From: Candidatus Levyibacteriota bacterium
GTDB lineage: Bacteria; Patescibacteriota; Microgenomatia; Levybacterales; UBA12049
Assembly (NCBI GenBank): GCA_016214555.1
Contig: JACROF010000003.1
Span: 64,930-128,929, forward strand
Direction of reading: 5' to 3'
DNA length: 64,000 nucleotides
Numbering within the stretch: position 1 is the stretch's first letter; the number at the start of each line of letters is the position of its first letter. Shown piece by piece: positions 10,547-20,604 of this stretch. Below the pieces are notes generated by a model, which was not told the DNA's origin, made no database searches, and worked only from the letters and a program-made list of their open reading frames with translations. The translations under genes and the position numbers were made by a program.

Positions 10547-13114
10547 ATGCCAGCAATACGAGATTTCGCAAGTAATTACACTACTGTTACAACAGGCACA
10601 ACTATCATCATTCCGGTTCCTGCTGTTGTTGAAAACGACCTCATGATCGCAATACTCGTAGCAGACACAGGAACAGGGACATGGTCCTGCACAGGGTGGA
10701 CAGAGCTTTTAAGGCAGACTAACACATCGCAACTTTGCGTTATGTACAGGATAGCAACGTCAAGTGAGCCTGATGACTACACCTTTACGAGAAGTACCTC
10801 AGAAACTTTTAACGGCCGCATAGTTAGTATCCGAGATATCGATACAACCAATCCCTTTGGCAGTACGCCAACATATACTGTTACGAATCAATCATCAGCT
10901 GCAAAATATACACTCCCCCAGGTCACTACCACAGTTGCCAACTCCCTCATATTATATGCAGTCTCAAATTCAGCAGCTGGTGTACCTTCAATAATTGAAG
11001 GGCCAGTAAGTCTTATCGTTGGAGAAGATGGAAGCGCTGAGTCTGGAGGTGTCGCATGGAGCTTTATGCCATCAACTGGTGCAAGTCCAAATAATATAAC
11101 GTGTTCAAACATTTCAAGCGGTGCTGGAGTAAAAGCAGCAATACAAATTGCTGCTCCGTCAGGCGGTGCGACCATCGTGCCAGCATACTGCTCATCTGAC
11201 GCTAGTATTTATATTAATCCCATTCATGGAACAACCGCATATAACTCAGACACAGGACTTGCCGCAACCTGGGACACATTAATTGGAACTTCCCTTAATG
11301 GAATCACACTCGCTGACGCGACTGTCGCTGCCGCAGCCGACGTAGGAATCAACCCCTACCATTCTGCAGGAAGACTAACATCGATATCGGGTAGTAGAAA
11401 TTGGTCTGGAGCAGCGCTTGATTTAGCATCTGGAAATAACGTAAATCTTTCTGGAAAAAATATTCTTGTACATACGGGCCCATCAACTCCTGGGCAAATT
11501 CAAAGATTTGGCGCAGCAGCTTCACAAAAAGGGACAGCAATCGCAATGCAGTCTTCGTCAGGGAATTGGAAGGCATGGCATGTGCATGGGAAAGGAACTC
11601 CTTATGGATACCAAAGAGATGTCCCTTTAATTGTCAATTCTAGTAATACAGGTGGTCTCCTAGAGTCAGCAGGCACATTTGATGCCTCTGCGGTTGATAT
11701 TTTTGGATTTGCTGTGGCAGGAGGAGGAGTATCAACTACAATTTGGGATTTTTATTCCCTTTGGGTACTTGATATCGTCACAATTTGCGGCGGAATAGCA
11801 AGTTCTCCCATAGACGTTCCTGGTATCGTTCTTGCCGCTGCCGACGGACATGAAAGAAAATCAATAGTGCAACAAGGAACAGGACAGGCAATTGTTTTTC
11901 AGCCAATTCAGATCGGAGATGGAGGAACTCACCCAACCTATCTTGACCTTAACGCTACAGCTATCGAATTCCCAAAACAGTATGATCTCACAAGCCTTCA
12001 GGTAAATTATTGCTCTGTTGATAATGTTGCAGGGATAACGTATTATGCAGGCGCTTCTGATACGATTAAGCACCGCAGTTCGGTTATTTCAAGTCCTAAT
12101 AAATATCATTGGGGATTTCATGCCTCAACCTCAACCTCTGCAACGTATGACTTTTCCGGTCTTCAAGTAATTGGTGCTGGAACTATTACTTTAGTAAATA
12201 ATTTATCATTGTCAGGCATAACTTGGTCTGATTGCGACAACTTTTCATCAGCTGGTACATATTTAGATAACTGCACGATTAAAACCACAGTTGCAACATC
12301 CGCTCTTACAGTCTCATCAACTACAAATATGGGCAGGATCACCAACTGCACTTTCAATACTAACAATGATGGCGATATCGGACATTCAATAGAGCTAACT
12401 GCAACAGGTACTCATGCTTTCGATAATATCGCTTTTGCTGGTGGCGGAGTGGCCAAGAGAAGTTTTAATACTACAACCGGGGTTGATGCGGGAACTGACA
12501 TCATTACAGTCGATGCAGCCCATGGGTATGTTGACGGAGATGCTATTTACTACCAAGACCAAGGAGGATCACAAAATATGGGGTTGACTGATGGAACGCT
12601 GTACTATGTAAATGCTCAATCTACGACCACCCTTTCATTCCATACAACAAAAGCAGATGCAATTGCGAACACAAATAAAGTTGCGCTCACTTCAGCTGGT
12701 GGAGAAACACATTCTATCTATTCTGCAAAAGCTGATGTCTACAACAACTCAGGAGGTGCTGTCACAATTAATGTATCAAATGGTGGAACTGTCCCAACTG
12801 TTCGAGAATCAAATGGGTCAAGTACGACGATAAATAATTCTGTAACTCTTGAAATAAACGGGGTCGCCCAAGGCACACGCTGCTATATCGAGGCGGCACT
12901 TGGAGGACCAGAGACATCAGGAACAATCCTCATGAATGAGGAAGCAGACGCACTGGGCATTGCTACCCAAACATATAACTACACATCAAGCCAACCAGTA
13001 AGAATTAGAGCAAGACTCGCAGGCTACATACCCTTTGAAACAACAGGAACTATTGCATCAACAGGCCTTACAATTACTGCTGTTTGGCTAGAAGACTCCA
13101 ACTACACACCGTAA
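10547..13114 (+). CDS. 855-aa Ser/Thr/Gly-rich fibre-like protein, no signal peptide
   Basis: Start reassigned to ATG 10547 (MPAIRDF, matching MPAVRDY of its paralog). Beta-helix-like segment (LDNCTI..., ITNCTF) and C-terminal VRIRAR...PFETTGTI...GL module. Confidence 0.8.
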   Translation: MPAIRDFASNYTTVTTGTTIIIPVPAVVENDLMIAILVADTGTGTWSCTGWTELLRQTNTSQLCVMYRIATSSEPDDYTFTRSTSETFNGRIVSIRDIDTTNPFGSTPTYTVTNQSSAAKYTLPQVTTTVANSLILYAVSNSAAGVPSIIEGPVSLIVGEDGSAESGGVAWSFMPSTGASPNNITCSNISSGAGVKAAIQIAAPSGGATIVPAYCSSDASIYINPIHGTTAYNSDTGLAATWDTLIGTSLNGITLADATVAAAADVGINPYHSAGRLTSISGSRNWSGAALDLASGNNVNLSGKNILVHTGPSTPGQIQRFGAAASQKGTAIAMQSSSGNWKAWHVHGKGTPYGYQRDVPLIVNSSNTGGLLESAGTFDASAVDIFGFAVAGGGVSTTIWDFYSLWVLDIVTICGGIASSPIDVPGIVLAAADGHERKSIVQQGTGQAIVFQPIQIGDGGTHPTYLDLNATAIEFPKQYDLTSLQVNYCSVDNVAGITYYAGASDTIKHRSSVISSPNKYHWGFHASTSTSATYDFSGLQVIGAGTITLVNNLSLSGITWSDCDNFSSAGTYLDNCTIKTTVATSALTVSSTTNMGRITNCTFNTNNDGDIGHSIELTATGTHAFDNIAFAGGGVAKRSFNTTTGVDAGTDIITVDAAHGYVDGDAIYYQDQGGSQNMGLTDGTLYYVNAQSTTTLSFHTTKADAIANTNKVALTSAGGETHSIYSAKADVYNNSGGAVTINVSNGGTVPTVRESNGSSTTINNSVTLEINGVAQGTRCYIEAALGGPETSGTILMNEEADALGIATQTYNYTSSQPVRIRARLAGYIPFETTGTIASTGLTITAVWLEDSNYTP

Positions 13115-13366
13115 CTATCTAACAATTGTTCGATTAACTTTTCTTACTAAGAATTGAATAAGACTGTTACCTATTGATACTTTTTACAAGCTTTTGATCT
13201 AGTTTCTATCACTCAATTTTACCTCTCGATTATTTTTATTTTTTTTATTTCAAATTATATAGACACGTGGAGAGTGACAAAGCTAATTTAAAATTGCCCA
13301 TTGACAAGCTATTACGCATTCATACTAATATAGATATGTTAGGTAATTTGGTAATTATTGTAATTT

Positions 13367-16246
13367 ATGGCTGATACGATTTTATCCGGTAGATGGGTTG
13401 TCTATTACGAAGCTGAGAATCGCCAAAAGAGAATTTGGCGTGATACTTCTGTTTCGCCGACGACGACTGACACCGTCAATGCTCTCTACTCTGCTCTGCA
13501 GGGTCATTTTGATGAGCTGGGACAGATGGACGATGGTGTCCCCATGTCTGCACAGACCCCGACTGAGTACACGATCGGCATCATCGACGCAGGAGACACA
13601 GATCCTTGGTTTATTGACAGAACATCAATTGAATACCTCACTGGCGGAGCTCTCAAAACAGCTTCGTGGGACAGAGTTACTTCCAGCAATACAGGCATTG
13701 TACGATTCACCTACACCACAGGCACTGACTTTGATACGACCGATATCGGTAGAGACATCACCAATGCGACAGGCCTAGACTCAGGAACGCTCCTAGACTT
13801 TAATTCAACGGGTGCAACAAAGTATGCGTGGGTACGACCTGACTCAAATGCCGCTGCAAATGACTGGGACTCCACCTCAGGAACGGTTGCTGTATCAAAT
13901 GACTCATTTGCTCAAGTGTGGCAGGTAGACAACACTACCTTTGTAGACCAATCATCTGGAGCAAATGATGCCACCAATGCCAACTGGACTGTTTTCCCTG
14001 CTTCTGAGGATACATCAGATTATGTTGCGATGGGATACAGGCAAAAGTTCAAAAAAGTGATCTTTGATTATGCTAACGGTACTGCAGGAGTTGGAGGAAC
14101 AGTCACATGGCAATACTGGAACGGATCTACCTGGGCTGCTCTGTCTGGTGTATCAGACGGCACAACAGGCTTTACCGCAACAGTAGGTGATGGCAAAGTG
14201 CTTACCTTTACTGTTCCATCAGACTGGGCAGCAACATCACTTAATGGCTCACAAAATCTCTACTATATCAGAGCACTTGTATCTGGTACCTACTCTACCA
14301 ATCCTATTTTGGACCAAGGATTTATCGGGGGAACAGGCTCGGTAACCCAAGCAACAGCCGGAGCATCTGCTGGAGAGTCACTCTGGGCTAACATCTACTC
14401 AATCGGTACTATTGAAGCAAATACACATCTTTATATTCAACAAAATGGCTCAAATCTCACTGCCTACAAAGCCTCAACTGACTGGTGGAGCGATGGGCAT
14501 ATTGACATTTTGGTCAATGTAAAAGAGCTTGGTACCGAGACAGATGAGGGATACATCAAGGTATTTGCCCGCCAGTACTCAAAGACTTATTCCTACTACA
14601 CAGTAGACTTAACTGCCGGAGGACGAAATCCTATCCCGCTTCAGACAGGAAATGATTTGGACAACCAGACCGGCTACAAAACAATAGCATTTGATAACGG
14701 TACTGGAACTCTTGCTGTGGGAGACGTCATCACTGTCAGCGCAACAGCACGAGCAATCGTCACAGCTGTGACTGGTGCAGCATCAGCAACAGGAACATTT
14801 GACTATTATCTTATCGGCGATCCTATTACCGATTTAACAAATAACGAAGCATTTACTTCAACCACAGGCAAAGCAGCAGACATTAACGGCTCATCATCAA
14901 ATGCCGGTCCCGCAGCCCTTGGCTCCCCACCTAGCATTACCTTTGGAGGATTAACAGCAGGTGGAACTGAAGACATTGATGAAAATGGAACTGCTGAAAA
15001 TTATTCAATTACTATTGACTGTAACCAAAACGCCCTAGCAGATGTTTATGAATATACCAAGTATATTACAAGGCGTGGAAACACAGGAGACATCGATGCT
15101 GGCTCACTCACCATCGAGGGACAATTCTATTTAGGAACTGAGTATAGGCTGAAATACACTGGCTCAGTAACTGGAACTATCGTTGACGGCAATACGGTAA
15201 CACAAGAAACATCAGGAGCTACAGGTATCGTTGTTAATCACAACACAACAGACAAAATCATCATGCTTCGCAACACGAGAGGAACCTTTGCTACTCACGC
15301 TAGCACCCATACACTTACTGACAACACAACCGGCGGAACAGTTGAGATTAATTCAGAGGCAACAGCCGTAACACCAGTTGGCGCAGCTCCCTTTGGAACA
15401 TTCGCTGGAGGAACATTCTTCGTCGCTACAGGTATCGTACTCACCGATTATTTGACAGCAGAAGCAAATAATTTCCAGCTCAAAACTGATGAAGGAACTG
15501 TTGTCGAAGCGCCAACCAAAGTCACTATCTCTGTTGGTAACACGAGATCCGGAGACAAAGTTGGAGTATTCCGTCTTTCTGGATCAGGCGGATCAATCAT
15601 CAAAGACAGATACAACGCCACTGTTCAATCAGCCCTCGCAACTACAGCTGTCATGGGCTCCTCAATTGCCGTTGACGAACCAGGAAGAACTGCCGGAGGT
15701 GTCATAAGACTAGTTGATACCTCAGCGAGTGCTGAATACAGAATTAGATTTAGTAGCTGGGCTTCAAGCACATTTACTCTTGCAAGTAGCGACATAGCCT
15801 CAGCTGATTCGGGAACAAATACCACAACTATCGTAGAATCTGGAGCATTCGCCTCTTCAAAAGTCGGAGATCTCGTAGTTAATGTAACGAGAGGAAATGC
15901 TGTTTCATACATTACTGTTATTACTGACAGCAATACCGTGACGATATCTCCTGCAATTACAGGCCAAACAACAGCTGACAACATCAAGCTTAACGTCTTA
16001 CCTGTTGCAACAACCACCTCCCCACAAGACACCTGGTATGTACCTATGATTGATACATACGAAACAACAGGTAGCGCTGGAACACCAGGCACAGAGACCG
16101 CACTTATCACTTATCTTGCTGATATATATGTAAGGGTAAGAGCAAGAAATGCAGGAAATATTATTCCTTATGAAGCTGACTCTACCGTAACAAGTACCGG
16201 TATGAGTAACAGTATCATTAGAACAACTGATACAATATTTACCTAA
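13367..16246 (+). CDS. 959-aa phage-virion-like structural/fibre protein, no signal peptide
   Basis: N-terminal TVNALYSALQ..FD...MDD..PMSAQTPTEYTI, WQYWNG..W module, TVTQETSGATG.VV motif and C-terminal VRVRAR.AG.I.PYE. Resembles uncharacterised tailed-phage structural proteins (recollection, not searched). Confidence 0.75.
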   Translation: MADTILSGRWVVYYEAENRQKRIWRDTSVSPTTTDTVNALYSALQGHFDELGQMDDGVPMSAQTPTEYTIGIIDAGDTDPWFIDRTSIEYLTGGALKTASWDRVTSSNTGIVRFTYTTGTDFDTTDIGRDITNATGLDSGTLLDFNSTGATKYAWVRPDSNAAANDWDSTSGTVAVSNDSFAQVWQVDNTTFVDQSSGANDATNANWTVFPASEDTSDYVAMGYRQKFKKVIFDYANGTAGVGGTVTWQYWNGSTWAALSGVSDGTTGFTATVGDGKVLTFTVPSDWAATSLNGSQNLYYIRALVSGTYSTNPILDQGFIGGTGSVTQATAGASAGESLWANIYSIGTIEANTHLYIQQNGSNLTAYKASTDWWSDGHIDILVNVKELGTETDEGYIKVFARQYSKTYSYYTVDLTAGGRNPIPLQTGNDLDNQTGYKTIAFDNGTGTLAVGDVITVSATARAIVTAVTGAASATGTFDYYLIGDPITDLTNNEAFTSTTGKAADINGSSSNAGPAALGSPPSITFGGLTAGGTEDIDENGTAENYSITIDCNQNALADVYEYTKYITRRGNTGDIDAGSLTIEGQFYLGTEYRLKYTGSVTGTIVDGNTVTQETSGATGIVVNHNTTDKIIMLRNTRGTFATHASTHTLTDNTTGGTVEINSEATAVTPVGAAPFGTFAGGTFFVATGIVLTDYLTAEANNFQLKTDEGTVVEAPTKVTISVGNTRSGDKVGVFRLSGSGGSIIKDRYNATVQSALATTAVMGSSIAVDEPGRTAGGVIRLVDTSASAEYRIRFSSWASSTFTLASSDIASADSGTNTTTIVESGAFASSKVGDLVVNVTRGNAVSYITVITDSNTVTISPAITGQTTADNIKLNVLPVATTTSPQDTWYVPMIDTYETTGSAGTPGTETALITYLADIYVRVRARNAGNIIPYEADSTVTSTGMSNSIIRTTDTIFT

Positions 16247-16252
16247 TAACGT

Positions 16253-16657
16253 ATGAGATTTGAAATTTCACGATCACTAAACGGTAACAAAGTTACATAC
16301 ATCGCCAGAGATACCAATGGCATTGTAAGACTACGCGCTGACAGTGTTGAGGCACTGCAAGAAGCCATCAAGCAATACAATGATGCGCTACTTGAGCAAT
16401 CTCATGCCAAAAAAACCAAAACGAAAATCGACCTATCAGACAATGAACAGCCACAGACCACAAACGAATCTGACGAAAGCATAGTGACTTCAGTTACCAC
16501 CGTGTCTGAATCGACTCAACCTGAGACTGAGGAAACATCAGACACCTCTGCTGCGCCTGAAGAAAAGAAAGAATTCCTAACAAATGATGCCAAAAAGCAA
16601 ACAGATGAGAGAAGACGAAAAACAAGCTCAAAAAGCTTTTGGGACAAACTAAAATAA
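16253..16657 (+). CDS. Hypothetical protein with small N-terminal domain and acidic disordered tail
   Basis: Starts 6 bp after the previous stop and is co-oriented. Confidence 0.7.
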   Translation: MRFEISRSLNGNKVTYIARDTNGIVRLRADSVEALQEAIKQYNDALLEQSHAKKTKTKIDLSDNEQPQTTNESDESIVTSVTTVSESTQPETEETSDTSAAPEEKKEFLTNDAKKQTDERRRKTSSKSFWDKLK

Positions 16658-16659
16658 TT

Positions 16660-16768
16660 AAAAAGGCAAAACTCAAAGGTCAAAAGTGAAAGTATAAATC
16701 CAAAAGTTATATACACTTTTTAATTTTGAATTATACTTTTGCCTTTTTAATTTTGACTTTTAACTTAC
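16660..16768. repeat. Inverted pair of degenerate 7-nt repeat arrays (hairpin-forming)
   Basis: Left arm aaaaggc-aaaactc-aaaggtc-aaaagtg; right arm ttttgcc-tttttaa-ttttgac-ttttaac. Confidence 0.75.
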
Positions 16769-16775
16769 TTAAGGT

Positions 16776-17093
16776 ATGGCAGGCATAACTACAACACCAA
16801 TCACCAGAGAAGAAGCACTTCAGTATGACGCAGAAGCACTTCGGGCTAATTGTGAAAAACGCAAAAATAATATCAAGATCTTTGAGGAGGCTATCGCAAA
16901 AGAACAAGAGTCAATCAAGCAAGACGAGTACATGATCTCTGCTATAGATCCCAATCACCCAGACGTCCAAACGCTTAAGGGTAATATAGAAAAAATAAAG
17001 CTCAACATCAAAACTTTTCAGGACGCCATTACTGAAGAAAACTCCCAGATTGATCGAAATAATCAAATGATCACGATGATCGAAGCCAATTAA
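16776..17093 (+). CDS. Small coiled-coil protein with internal duplication
   Basis: K.NIK.FEEAI..E...I repeats as K.NIK.FQDAI..E...I. Confidence 0.75.
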   Translation: MAGITTTPITREEALQYDAEALRANCEKRKNNIKIFEEAIAKEQESIKQDEYMISAIDPNHPDVQTLKGNIEKIKLNIKTFQDAITEENSQIDRNNQMITMIEAN

Positions 17094-17224
17094 AATTTTC
17101 TAATTTCTAAGTACTCTAATTAACCTAAATAAAGTCAAAAGCTGCAATTGACGAAATGAGAATTTAATAATTGGGATTTTTTTAGATCAATTAGAAATTA
17201 GAATAATTAGGTCAATTTTAAGCT

Positions 17225-18529
17225 ATGGCACTAACATTTAATAAAAATACCAAAATTATCACTGTTGGATCACCTCAGACAACCCTGACTATACAGGATC
17301 TTCATGATGATATTAGGCTGTTTGAGCATCTCCCTCAAAATTTGGAGGAGGCGCAAATTGCTAATGCCTCAGGCAAACAAAGCCTTGGTGGTGGTGTTAC
17401 GGTAGGCATCACCCTTGAGCTAATCAACAACTGGAGACTCGCTTTTGAGGCTCGACCAGGACCTGACACTATTCTTTGCAGCGTCACGGGAGGTAATCTA
17501 GTGGCGACAAATGACTATGACAACAACCCAATCTACCCTACTGCCTATACTCAGGTCACAATCGCCCAATCATCATCAGCAACGGTGATCGAAGCGCCAT
17601 CTGATGACCATATGCTTTACCTTTTGGCCTCTCTTCGTGGCAAACAACGAGGTGTTGGAAGTTATTATTACTGGAATCCAACCTCAGGCAGCGACAGCAA
17701 TGATGGCACAACCCCTGGCAAAGCTGTACTGACTTTTGCACAAGCACAATCTCTTGCCTCAGCTGGAACTGGAGACACAATTTTTTGCATAGCCTCCAAC
17801 TCATCTGGAACAACTACTGTTACAGAAACACTTAATATCACAAAAGCCAATCTCAAAATCATGGGCCCAGGCTACACATTCCAACTAGTACCAACCGCAA
17901 CGACATCTCCAACCATCACCATCGCAGCTGCCAACGTTGAAGTGTCAGGACTTTATGTATCAACTGCTGGCACAGGATCACAAGACGCTATTTCAGTTGG
18001 CGCCAACCGTGCTTTTATTGAAGATTGCTGGATAGCAAGCGTTCGTGGTAACGGCATCAATCTCGCAAGCACTGCAAGGACACAGATCAATAGTTGTGTT
18101 ATTGAACACTGCGGCCTATCAGGTACAGGAGATGGTATCAAACTAGGTAACACCACTACGGAAGCACTCATTTCTAAATCAATTGTCTTTGACAATGTTA
18201 ATGGTGTCTCACTTTCTGGTACTGGACTTGCTGACAATATCTTTGAAAACAATCTCATCTATCAAAACACTGGATATGGCATCACTGTTGGAGCAAATGT
18301 TCTTCGAACTCACGTACGCTCTGGGCACACCTTTAATAAAAACACAGCTGGTAGCACTCAAGATCTTGGAACTGATACCTTTATAGAGACACAGGCAGGC
18401 GGAGCATCTGCTTCAGAAATCGCGGATGCAGTCTGGGATGAGGTCATATCAGGTCATATCACCAGTGGCTCTGCAGGAAGAACACTCAAAGACGCAAAGA
18501 CAAGAGCAACGCTCGCCTCTCTGCAATAA
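17225..18529 (+). CDS. 434-aa protein: phage-like N-terminal domain, right-handed parallel beta-helix, C-terminal IADAVW motif
   Basis: GSDSNDGTTP..A..T...A motif, (G/D)GI repeats typical of NosD/pectin-lyase-like beta-helices, and EIADAVWDE...H...GSAG at the C-terminus. Confidence 0.8.
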   Translation: MALTFNKNTKIITVGSPQTTLTIQDLHDDIRLFEHLPQNLEEAQIANASGKQSLGGGVTVGITLELINNWRLAFEARPGPDTILCSVTGGNLVATNDYDNNPIYPTAYTQVTIAQSSSATVIEAPSDDHMLYLLASLRGKQRGVGSYYYWNPTSGSDSNDGTTPGKAVLTFAQAQSLASAGTGDTIFCIASNSSGTTTVTETLNITKANLKIMGPGYTFQLVPTATTSPTITIAAANVEVSGLYVSTAGTGSQDAISVGANRAFIEDCWIASVRGNGINLASTARTQINSCVIEHCGLSGTGDGIKLGNTTTEALISKSIVFDNVNGVSLSGTGLADNIFENNLIYQNTGYGITVGANVLRTHVRSGHTFNKNTAGSTQDLGTDTFIETQAGGASASEIADAVWDEVISGHITSGSAGRTLKDAKTRATLASLQ

Positions 18530-18530
18530 G

Positions 18531-18597
18531 ATTGAATTATGAAATAAGAAGCAAGAATCATGCGAGCATAATTCGTTATTCAAGATTCATAATTCAT
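18531..18597. repeat. Inverted 7-nt repeat arrays between convergent genes
   Basis: tgaatta-tgaaata-agaagca-agaatca followed by taattcg-ttattca-agattca-taattca. Confidence 0.65.
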
Positions 18598-19040
18598 TTT
18601 TTTAGAAGTTTCTCTACTCTCACATGCAACTCAATAGCCTCTTCAGTCTTACCGGTAAAAAATAAAACAGAACCTAAATTCCTCAGTGCATCTATGTACT
18701 CTGGCCTTAACTCAATTGCTTTTCTATAGTACTTGATGGCATTACTAAATTCACCCAATTCTGTATAAACATTACCCATATTATTATACGCGGCAGCAAA
18801 ATTAGGCTTTAGCGAAAGTGCGACAGAAAATGCATCCAAGGCCTCTTTGTATTGCTTAAGACACTTCATAGCCACTCCCATATTGATATACACTTTAGGG
18901 TCTTTTGTTCCAATTTTTATAACTTCTTTATAATTTGATATAGATGAAAGATATTCTTTTTTCCTTAAAAAATGGTTTGCAGCGGTGCGATACTGCCTTA
19001 AAAGCTCAGCTTGATTCATAAGGATTATTATAAATTCCAT
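18594..19040 (-). CDS. TPR protein
   Basis: YINMGVA, AYNNMGNVY and ALRNLGSVL repeats. Confidence 0.85.
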   Translation of the reverse strand: MEFIIILMNQAELLRQYRTAANHFLRKKEYLSSISNYKEVIKIGTKDPKVYINMGVAMKCLKQYKEALDAFSVALSLKPNFAAAYNNMGNVYTELGEFSNAIKYYRKAIELRPEYIDALRNLGSVLFFTGKTEEAIELHVRVEKLLKK

Positions 19041-19176
19041 TATAAAAAAATGACAAGTCTAAAAATATTACTGTGTCGAACTATTCTCTCCAAATACTAC
19101 TTGCTTTTTGCAAAAAAGATAGGATATGATGGGTTAAGACGTCTTTTGGACGAAGTAAAGGGGGTGAATAAGACAT

Positions 19177-19338
19177 ATGTTTAATAATATTGGTTGGCCA
19201 GAATTTGCAATTGTCGGTTTTATCCTTCTTCTTTTATTTGGAAGCAAAAAAATCGTTGAGCTTGCACGAGGACTCGGTGAATCTACGAAAGAATTAAAGC
19301 GTGCAAAAAATGAATTTTCTAAAGCGAAGGAAGAGTAA
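19177..19338 (+). CDS. tatA: Twin-arginine translocase TatA/E subunit (copy 1, 53 aa)
   Basis: Not in track. MFNNIGWPEFAIVGFILLLLFGSKKIVELARGLGESTKELKRAK..., with strong SD AAGGGGGTGA. Confidence 0.9.
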   Translation: MFNNIGWPEFAIVGFILLLLFGSKKIVELARGLGESTKELKRAKNEFSKAKEE

Positions 19339-19350
19339 TATTATTCTCGC

Positions 19351-19385
19351 CAGCCATAGAGACCACACTCTCCTCTATGGCTTCT
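19351..19385 (+). terminator. Stem-loop after tatA copy 1
   Basis: agccatagag...ctctatggct inverted repeat. Confidence 0.45.
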
Positions 19386-19431
19386 TCGTCTTTATATAAT
19401 TCTGCAAATCTAGTGATAAGGAGGTGGATCT

Positions 19432-19569
19432 ATGTTACAAAATATCGGAACAGTAGAAATTGTTATCGTTGCGTTACTGATAGTCTTGTTCTTTGGCGGC
19501 AGGAAAATTCCTGAGTTTATTCGTGGCATTGCTGAAGCAATTCGTGAATTCAAAAAAAGCAGTAAATAA
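19432..19569 (+). CDS. tatA: TatA/E subunit (copy 2, 45 aa)
   Basis: Not in track. MLQNIGTVEIVIVALLIVLFFGGRKIPEFIRGIAEAIREFKKSSK, with SD AAGGAGGT. Confidence 0.9.
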   Translation: MLQNIGTVEIVIVALLIVLFFGGRKIPEFIRGIAEAIREFKKSSK

Positions 19570-19581
19570 CGATAAAAATCC

Positions 19582-20364
19582 ATGGACGCATTAGAAGGTC
19601 TCAATTTGGAGTCTGCATCAGTCAGATATATGCCCTTTCTTATCGAGATTCGAAAGAGGTTACTTTTTTTGTCTGCAGTTTTTTTAGTTACTTGTGCTCT
19701 TGGATTTATTTATTACCAAAAAATTATTCTTTTTATCCTCAACCTATACGATCTTCAAAGCATCAACGTCACATTTACCTCGCCTTTTCAATTTGTTAAC
19801 CTCGCCATCAGCTCAGGAATGATAGTTGGATTTGCCCTCACACTTCCTTTGATCCTCCATCAAGTCCTCAGCTTTTTAAGGCCAGCCCTCCATAAAGGGG
19901 AGTACAACCTTTTGATCCGCTTTCTCCCTCTGAGCCTTATCCTTTTTGTGATAGGATTCTCATTTGGAAGCTGGATAACCAAACTTATTATTGAGGTGTA
20001 CTCCCGACAGACGACACAGCTTGAGATTCAAAATTTGTGGGATATTAATAGCTTTCTTTCACAAATTCTGTATACATCACTGCTTCTTGGCATTGTCTTT
20101 CAATTCCCTCTTGTCATCACGCTTCTTGTTCGATTTGGTGTCATTTCTCATAAAGTCATGTCAAAGCAGCGCAAGATCGCCTATGCTATTATTTTGATTG
20201 TAGTAATCCTTCTTCCCCCAACTGATTTACTGTCAATGGTGCTTATTTTTCTTCCGCTTGCAATCGTTTATGAACTTACTTTATCATTGAATAAAAGAGC
20301 CAAAGTACAGACTTGGCATAGTTTGAAAACACAAGTAAGTCATTCGAAAGGGGGTGAAAAGTAA
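19582..20364 (+). CDS. tatC: Twin-arginine translocase TatC
   Basis: LIEIRKRL, FLRPAL..GE, FQFP, PPTD..SM and P...YE motifs; about 6 TM helices. Confidence 0.92.
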   Translation: MDALEGLNLESASVRYMPFLIEIRKRLLFLSAVFLVTCALGFIYYQKIILFILNLYDLQSINVTFTSPFQFVNLAISSGMIVGFALTLPLILHQVLSFLRPALHKGEYNLLIRFLPLSLILFVIGFSFGSWITKLIIEVYSRQTTQLEIQNLWDINSFLSQILYTSLLLGIVFQFPLVITLLVRFGVISHKVMSKQRKIAYAIILIVVILLPPTDLLSMVLIFLPLAIVYELTLSLNKRAKVQTWHSLKTQVSHSKGGEK

Positions 20365-20522
20365 TGTTTGGTAATATAGGTACACCTGAAATTATTATTG
20401 TTGCAGTTGTTCTTCTCATTCTATTTGGAGGCAAAAAACTTCCTGAGCTAGCACGAGGACTCGGCGATGCGATCAGAGAATTTAGACGATCAGCTGGAGA
20501 TGACGACGGAAAAAAGAAGTAA
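20364..20522 (+). CDS. tatA: TatA/E subunit (copy 3, 52 aa)
   Basis: Not in track. Overlaps the tatC stop (TAATG). MFGNIGTPEIIIVAVVLLILFGGKKLPELARGLGDAIREFRRS... Confidence 0.92.
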   Translation: MFGNIGTPEIIIVAVVLLILFGGKKLPELARGLGDAIREFRRSAGDDDGKKK

Positions 20523-20604
20523 TTTTTTCTGTTGTGAATTTATTTTTTAGCAGGGGGATTAATAGATAACAATCCAAAACTATTATCCCCCTCTTATTCT
20601 CACT

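Noticed and set aside
4848-18529. Intact prophage or contractile injection system
   Set aside because: No recognisable terminase, portal, capsid, sheath, tube, baseplate, lysis or att/integrase genes; only fibre-like modules are present.
18532-18729. 65-aa ORF MNYEIRSKNHAS...
   Set aside because: It is a translation of a 7-nt repeat hairpin and is antisense to the TPR gene.
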